Shown piece after piece: positions 59,830-64,000 of a stretch of 64,000 nt of DNA. Numbering within the stretch: position 1 is the stretch's first letter; each line of letters begins with the position of its first letter. Both the position numbers and the translations under genes were made by a program. The DNA is taken from assembly GCA_046153945.1 (NCBI GenBank), contig JBJXFF010000201.1, positions 4,360 through 68,359 on the forward strand, given 5' to 3'. The notes beneath the pieces were generated by a model. That model was given only the letters and a program-made list of their open reading frames with translations. It was not told the origin of the DNA and searched no databases. Origin of the DNA: Pirellulaceae bacterium. GTDB taxonomy: Bacteria; Planctomycetota; Planctomycetia; Pirellulales; Pirellulaceae.

Positions 59830-60061
59830 GGAGTTTGGCTCCCTGGCGCGCTCGCTCCTTCACTTCTTGCCAAGGTCGAGCCGAAGCGGCACCGGCATCG
59901 TATTCCATGCTGCGGCGCTCCGCCTCAGCCAGCCAGGCGTCGTCAAACGGACGCACACGCCGTTCGTCGAGCACCGAAACAAGCGCGGCCGCGAATGCCA
60001 ATTGTTCGTCTTCGGGAAGGGCAAGAGCAGTCTTCAAGAGTTCATCGGCAGCTTGTGACAT
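59822..60061 (-). CDS. addiction-module antitoxin (TIGR02574-like)
   Basis: 79 aa. LLKTALALPEDEQLAFAAALVSVLD...DDAWLAEAERRSMEYDAG is the typical pattern of this antitoxin family. Confidence 0.8.
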   Translation of the reverse strand: MSQAADELLKTALALPEDEQLAFAAALVSVLDERRVRPFDDAWLAEAERRSMEYDAGAASARPWQEVKERARQGAKLRG

Positions 60062-60134
60062 GACGTTACTCCGTACTTCAAGTATAGCATTCGCCCTCGG
60101 TACGGCGATTCGGCTGGGTCCGATGGGAGTTTAC

Positions 60135-61589
60135 TCAAGCCTTGTAATTCCACTCCCGAATATCGACAAAGTGCCCGGCGACCGCGGCTGCCGCGGCCAT
60201 GGCGGGGGAGACGAGGTGGGTGCGGCCGTTTTTGCCTTGGCGGCCTTCGAAGTTGCGGTTGCTGGTGCTGGCGCAGCGCTCGCCGGGCTCCAGTTTGTCA
60301 GGATTCATTGCCAGGCACATGCTGCAGCCCGCCTCGCGCCATTCGAAGCCGGCTTCCTTGAAGATTTTATCGAGCCCCTCGGCTTCGGCTTCCTTCTTCA
60401 CCTGTCCACTGCCGGGGACGACCATCGCGCTGACGTGACCGGAAACCTTGTGCCCCTTCACGACGGCGGCGGCGGCCCGCAGATCGGCAATTCGTCCATT
60501 CGTGCAAGAGCCGATGAAGACGCGGTTGACGTCCACGCTCGTCAGCGGAACTCCCGGAGTGAGCCCCATATATTCGAGCGCCCGCTCCGCCGTTTTGCGG
60601 TCGCTTTCGTCGGTGATTTCGCTCGGATTGGGGACCTTGGCGGTCACCGGCGCGACCTGGCCGGGATTGGTTCCCCAGGTGACCTGCGGCGAAATATCGG
60701 CAGCTTTGAAGACGAGGGACTTGTCGTACTTCGCGCCGGCGTCCGTCGGCAGTTCCTTCCAGCGAGCGACGGCTTTGTCGAAGTCGGCCCCCTTGGGGGC
60801 GAATTCTCGTCCCTTCACGTAGTCGTAAGTTGTTTGGTCGGGGGCAATCATGCCGGCCCGCGCGCCCGCTTCGATGGTCATGTTGCAGACGGTCATTCGC
60901 TCTTCCATCGTCAGGCCGCGAACCGCCTCACCCGTGTATTCAATGACATAGCCGGTGCCGCCGTCGGTGGTGATCTGGCCGATGAGGTACAGAATCAAGT
61001 CCTTGGCCGTGACGCCGCGGGGGAGCTTGCCTTCCACCCGCAGTTCCATCGTCTTGGGCAAATGCTGGAGCAAAGTTTGAGTGGCCAGCACATGTTCGAC
61101 TTCGCTGGTGCCGATGCCGAAGGCGAGCGCGCCGAAGGCTCCGTGCGTGGCGGTGTGGCTGTCGCCGCAGACGATGGTCATCCCCGGCTGCGTAAGGCCG
61201 AGTTCCGGGCCGATGACGTGGACAATCCCCTGCTGGATGCTGTCCATGTCGTAGAGCTTGATGCCGAACTCCTTGCAGTTGTTCCGGAGCGTCTGCACCT
61301 GTTGCAGCGAGATCGGGTCGGTGATCGGCAGGCTCCGGTCGGTCGTCGGAATGTTGTGGTCCGGCGTCGCCACCGTCAGCCCCGGCCGCCGCACCTTTCG
61401 CCCCGCCAGCCGCAGCCCCTCAAAGGCCTGGGCACTCGTCACTTCGTGGACGAGCTGCAAATCGATATACAGCACCGTCGGCTTGCCGGCGGGAGCGTCA
61501 ACAACATGGGCGTCCCAGATCTTCTGGAACATCGTGCGGGGGGAAGCAGGCATGAGAATAGCGTCGGTCAGAGGCGGGGAACGGCTCAT
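60135..61589 (-). CDS. leuC: 3-isopropylmalate dehydratase large subunit
   Basis: [32 protein letters not shown] and [10 protein letters not shown] Fe-S cluster ligand motifs. The likely true start is ATG 61532 ([11 protein letters not shown]). Confidence 0.95.
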   Translation of the reverse strand: MSRSPPLTDAILMPASPRTMFQKIWDAHVVDAPAGKPTVLYIDLQLVHEVTSAQAFEGLRLAGRKVRRPGLTVATPDHNIPTTDRSLPITDPISLQQVQTLRNNCKEFGIKLYDMDSIQQGIVHVIGPELGLTQPGMTIVCGDSHTATHGAFGALAFGIGTSEVEHVLATQTLLQHLPKTMELRVEGKLPRGVTAKDLILYLIGQITTDGGTGYVIEYTGEAVRGLTMEERMTVCNMTIEAGARAGMIAPDQTTYDYVKGREFAPKGADFDKAVARWKELPTDAGAKYDKSLVFKAADISPQVTWGTNPGQVAPVTAKVPNPSEITDESDRKTAERALEYMGLTPGVPLTSVDVNRVFIGSCTNGRIADLRAAAAVVKGHKVSGHVSAMVVPGSGQVKKEAEAEGLDKIFKEAGFEWREAGCSMCLAMNPDKLEPGERCASTSNRNFEGRQGKNGRTHLVSPAMAAAAAVAGHFVDIREWNYKA

Positions 61590-61678
61590 TCGCCGAGATC
61601 AACTCGGCAGCCGCAATGGCTCCATTTTAACGCAAAGTCGCTAAGGCGCTAAGGCACAAAGAATGGGAGAAGTAAGCA

Positions 61679-61695
61679 GACAAGCTGGCAGCTTG
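61679..61695 (-). terminator. hairpin after the kinase gene
   Basis: ACAAGCT-GGC-AGCTTGT, 4 nt past the stop codon. The following sequence is pyrimidine-rich. Confidence 0.35.
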
Positions 61696-61698
61696 TTG

Positions 61699-63441
61699 TT
61701 ACGAGATGGCCATCTCGTTGTCTTTCGCCGTCGTGCTATCCTTTTTCAACCACCAACTCCGGGCGTGGTCGCGGCTCCAGGTGCCGTGGTGTTCGCAGTC
61801 TTCGAGGGCGTTGGCCAATTCGGCGGCGGATTGATAGCGGTCGTCGGGATTTTTGGCCAGGCACCGCATCACGATGGCTTCCAAGTCAAGCGGCACATCC
61901 TCCCGATATTGCGAGAGCGGTGGCACTGGGTCGTGGGCGTGGCTGATGAGGACCTTGATTGGCTTTTCATCTTCAAAGGGGGCATGGCCGGAGAGCAGGT
62001 AGTACAGGACTCCCCCGAGCGAATAAATGTCGCTTCGTGGGTCCGGCTCCTTGTCGCCGGCAGCTTGTTCCGGAGACATGTAGAGCGGCGAGCCGGTGAT
62101 CGTGCCGTCAGCAGTTAGCTGAGCCGTGTCTAAATCCGAAAGCGGCTTGGCAAGGCCGAAGTCGAGAAGCTTGGCCACGTCGTAGAACCCGCCCCGCACC
62201 GCGGCGAACAGGTTCGCCGGCTTGAGGTCGCGGTGGAGCAGTCCCAGCTCGTGGGCTTCCTGCAAGGCATCGCAGGCCTGCCGCACCAGGTGGATAGCCC
62301 TGGCGGCTGGCATCGGGCCGAACCGTTTCACGATTTCGGCGAGGTTCATGCCGGGGAGATATTCCATCACGTAATAGAACGTCCCGTCCTCGGCCCGGCC
62401 GTAGTCGAAAATATCGATGCTGTTCCAGTGCGAAAGCTTGGCGGTGGCCTGCACCTCGCGCTCGAAGCGAGCGAGTACCTTGGGGTCCCCCGCCTTCTCC
62501 GGCCGGATCACCTTGATCGCGCAGGGCCGCTTCATCAATTGATGCTCGGCGAGATACACCTCCCCCATGCCGCCGGAGCCGATCAGCTTCTTGAGCCGAT
62601 ATTGGCCGAGCTGCTTGGCTTGATACGCCTGCGTCTGCAAACTGTTGATAGTGTAAACGCCAAAGACCGCGCCTACGGAGGCGACCCCCATCACCAGGAT
62701 CATTTCCACCAGCGTTCCTGGGTTGATGCTCATGAACTCCAGCAGCCGGCCATTCACAATCATTCCCAGCAAGGTGACGAGAATCGGCAGCGAGCCAATC
62801 GTGCCAATGACAACCGCCGCTCGCTTCCAAGTATTCGGAATAAAGATGGCGTAGGTATAGATGCAGAGCAGCCAGGCGGGAGCGACGCCGGGGTGAAAGC
62901 CGAAGCTGTTCACAAAGACGTTGGCCTTGGCAAACTGCATCAGCATGAAAAACGCCGCCGGCACTCCGCAGGCAACGAGCTCCATCAGCCGCAACTGCCA
63001 GGTGGCGAAAGCCTGCTTGGAGCAGAGTGCAAAGCCGATGCAGCCAAGGACGAGCGTGGCGATGATATGCCAAATGAACGTCGGGAGCGCCAGCGGATTG
63101 TCCGTCAAATTCAACGAAAAAATGTGCCAGACCAAAAACACGGCGAACGCGACAAACGTCAGCAGCGAAGCGGACCGAACGCGGGAGCGCAGCAGATTCT
63201 GTACTTCACCAGATAGTTCTGAGTCGGTCCCTTCCACCAGATGCACTCGGCAGGGCGCATGGCACGAATCTGTCCGGTCCGAAGATGAGTCGGACGGGGC
63301 TTCCAGCGTGATGTCCGCGGGACCGAGACTGGCTGGCACATGTCTCGCCGTTTTGGACCCGGCTGAACTGTCGTCCAAGGAATCGCTCTCGGCGAAAAGG
63401 TGGGCAGGGGGAAACCGGCGAATGTTACGTTCCTTCATCAT
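61699..63441 (-). CDS. polytopic membrane Ser/Thr protein kinase
   Basis: About 6 N-terminal TM helices, then GSGGMGEVY, AIKVIR, HRDLKPANLF, DFGLAK and GSPLYMSPE. Confidence 0.9.
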   Translation of the reverse strand: MMKERNIRRFPPAHLFAESDSLDDSSAGSKTARHVPASLGPADITLEAPSDSSSDRTDSCHAPCRVHLVEGTDSELSGEVQNLLRSRVRSASLLTFVAFAVFLVWHIFSLNLTDNPLALPTFIWHIIATLVLGCIGFALCSKQAFATWQLRLMELVACGVPAAFFMLMQFAKANVFVNSFGFHPGVAPAWLLCIYTYAIFIPNTWKRAAVVIGTIGSLPILVTLLGMIVNGRLLEFMSINPGTLVEMILVMGVASVGAVFGVYTINSLQTQAYQAKQLGQYRLKKLIGSGGMGEVYLAEHQLMKRPCAIKVIRPEKAGDPKVLARFEREVQATAKLSHWNSIDIFDYGRAEDGTFYYVMEYLPGMNLAEIVKRFGPMPAARAIHLVRQACDALQEAHELGLLHRDLKPANLFAAVRGGFYDVAKLLDFGLAKPLSDLDTAQLTADGTITGSPLYMSPEQAAGDKEPDPRSDIYSLGGVLYYLLSGHAPFEDEKPIKVLISHAHDPVPPLSQYREDVPLDLEAIVMRCLAKNPDDRYQSAAELANALEDCEHHGTWSRDHARSWWLKKDSTTAKDNEMAIS

Positions 63442-63780
63442 ACCCGGTTCGCTTTCCCGCGCCTATTCTTGGCATTTCAACCCGTAAAACAGCCGTCATT
63501 TGGCTCGCCGCACGCCAACTGGACACTTAACAGTCGCCCCAGTCAGGAAAAAATCTCGCGCTCTAAGGGGTGCATCAGCCGGACAGCCCATGGAGGCCGA
63601 CAACGCACCTTCGGTTCGCGAAGTCGTAATCCCATAATCTGGACGGTCGAGCCGCAAGAAAGGTTCTGTAACGCGGATGTATTTAGGAAAGGTTTCGCCA
63701 CCGGTGTAAATTGCCCCATTTGAAGAATCGCCCGAAGATGTTGGGGTCCTAGAGATTACGTCCCCTTCGTTGCGGTTAGA

Positions 63781-64000
63781 ATGAGCGTTGTAGTGGCCTC
63801 CTCTCCTCCGCCAATCCCCATGTCTATTCTTACCCCCCGTTACCTGGTTCCGTTTCATCCCCGCTTTCTGCCGCACTATTTCGCGGATGTGTTGATCATC
63901 GGCGGCGGGCTGGCGGGGCTGCGGGCGGCCAATGCGCTCGATCCGCGGCTGTCGGCACTGGTGGTGACGAAGGACGCGATTCAACAGTCCAACAGCAACT
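63781..64000 (+). CDS. nadB: FAD-dependent oxidoreductase, probably L-aspartate oxidase (5' fragment; runs off the window)
   Basis: ATG 63781 (alternative 63820). DVLIIGGGLAGLRAANAL Rossmann motif, then VVTKDAIQQSNSN, as in NadB N-termini. Only 73 codons are visible. Confidence 0.5.
   Translation, partial: MSVVVASSPPPIPMSILTPRYLVPFHPRFLPHYFADVLIIGGGLAGLRAANALDPRLSALVVTKDAIQQSNSN

Noticed and set aside
60062-60134. leuC lacking an adjacent leuD, taken as proof that the TA-PKS-sensor block is an insertion that split leuCD
   Set aside because: No leuD is found on the far side of the block (below 45490) either. A simple insertion model is therefore unsupported. leuC/leuD separation may be normal for this lineage.
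59691-61652. 653-aa plus-strand ORF, one of the longest unassigned ORFs in the track
   Set aside because: It runs antisense to the unmistakable leuC gene and the TA pair. Its translation is Arg/Gly/Ala-rich with no motifs. It is a typical high-GC shadow ORF.
63442-63780. Possible NAD+ (nadA-type) riboswitch or other leader in the 340-bp region upstream of the nadB-like gene
   Set aside because: I could not find the conserved tandem-domain consensus by eye. The region is also a divergent promoter for the kinase gene. It needs an Infernal/Rfam scan before any claim.
63496-63984. 162-aa minus-strand ORF at the window end
   Set aside because: It is antisense to the nadB-like 5' end, which has a clear FAD-binding GxGxxG motif. 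The remainder lies in the intergenic region with no coding bias.

Overview
GC-rich bacterial chromosomal segment with strong GC3 bias. It is almost certainly from a planctomycete (Pirellulales-like). Supporting markers are a TIGR03000-type domain protein, a PQQ sugar dehydrogenase fused to CxxCH haem motifs, Tat-signal TIM-barrel and ceramidase-like enzymes, prenyltransferase-repeat proteins, three eukaryote-like Ser/Thr kinase genes, and a murE-murB-ftsQ-like remnant with no ftsA/ftsZ after it. I can support about 48 protein genes. I saw no rRNA, tRNA, CRISPR array, transposase or integrase. Many long ORFs in the track are antisense shadows typical of high-GC DNA, and several track ORFs carry spurious N-terminal extensions (the track also uses GTG/TTG starts). 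Layout: 0-38 kb is mostly housekeeping and envelope genes (nadD, trmB, fabZ, aroC, murE, murB, glpD), with an HTTM membrane-protein pair at 26.4-28.3 kb. 38.5-44.4 kb is a lipid-metabolism module (aldehyde dehydrogenase, acyl-CoA ligase, acyl-CoA dehydrogenase) with an unusual (AGTACTN)4 element in its divergent promoter. 44.8-45.4 kb holds a ~220-bp composite palindrome of REP-like hairpins plus tandem hairpins. 45.5-60.1 kb is the most unusual part, all on the minus strand: a ParE-type toxin-antitoxin pair, a possible Cys-rich micro-ORF, a single-module fully reducing FAS-like type I PKS (KS-AT-DH-ER-KR-ACP-TE, 2446 aa), and 86 nt downstream a 2100-aa pseudokinase/P-loop/TPR/GAF/hybrid histidine kinase-REC-REC-HPt protein. 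leuC, a membrane Ser/Thr kinase and the 5' end of a nadB-like gene close the window. All family calls come from motifs read by eye; no searches were run.
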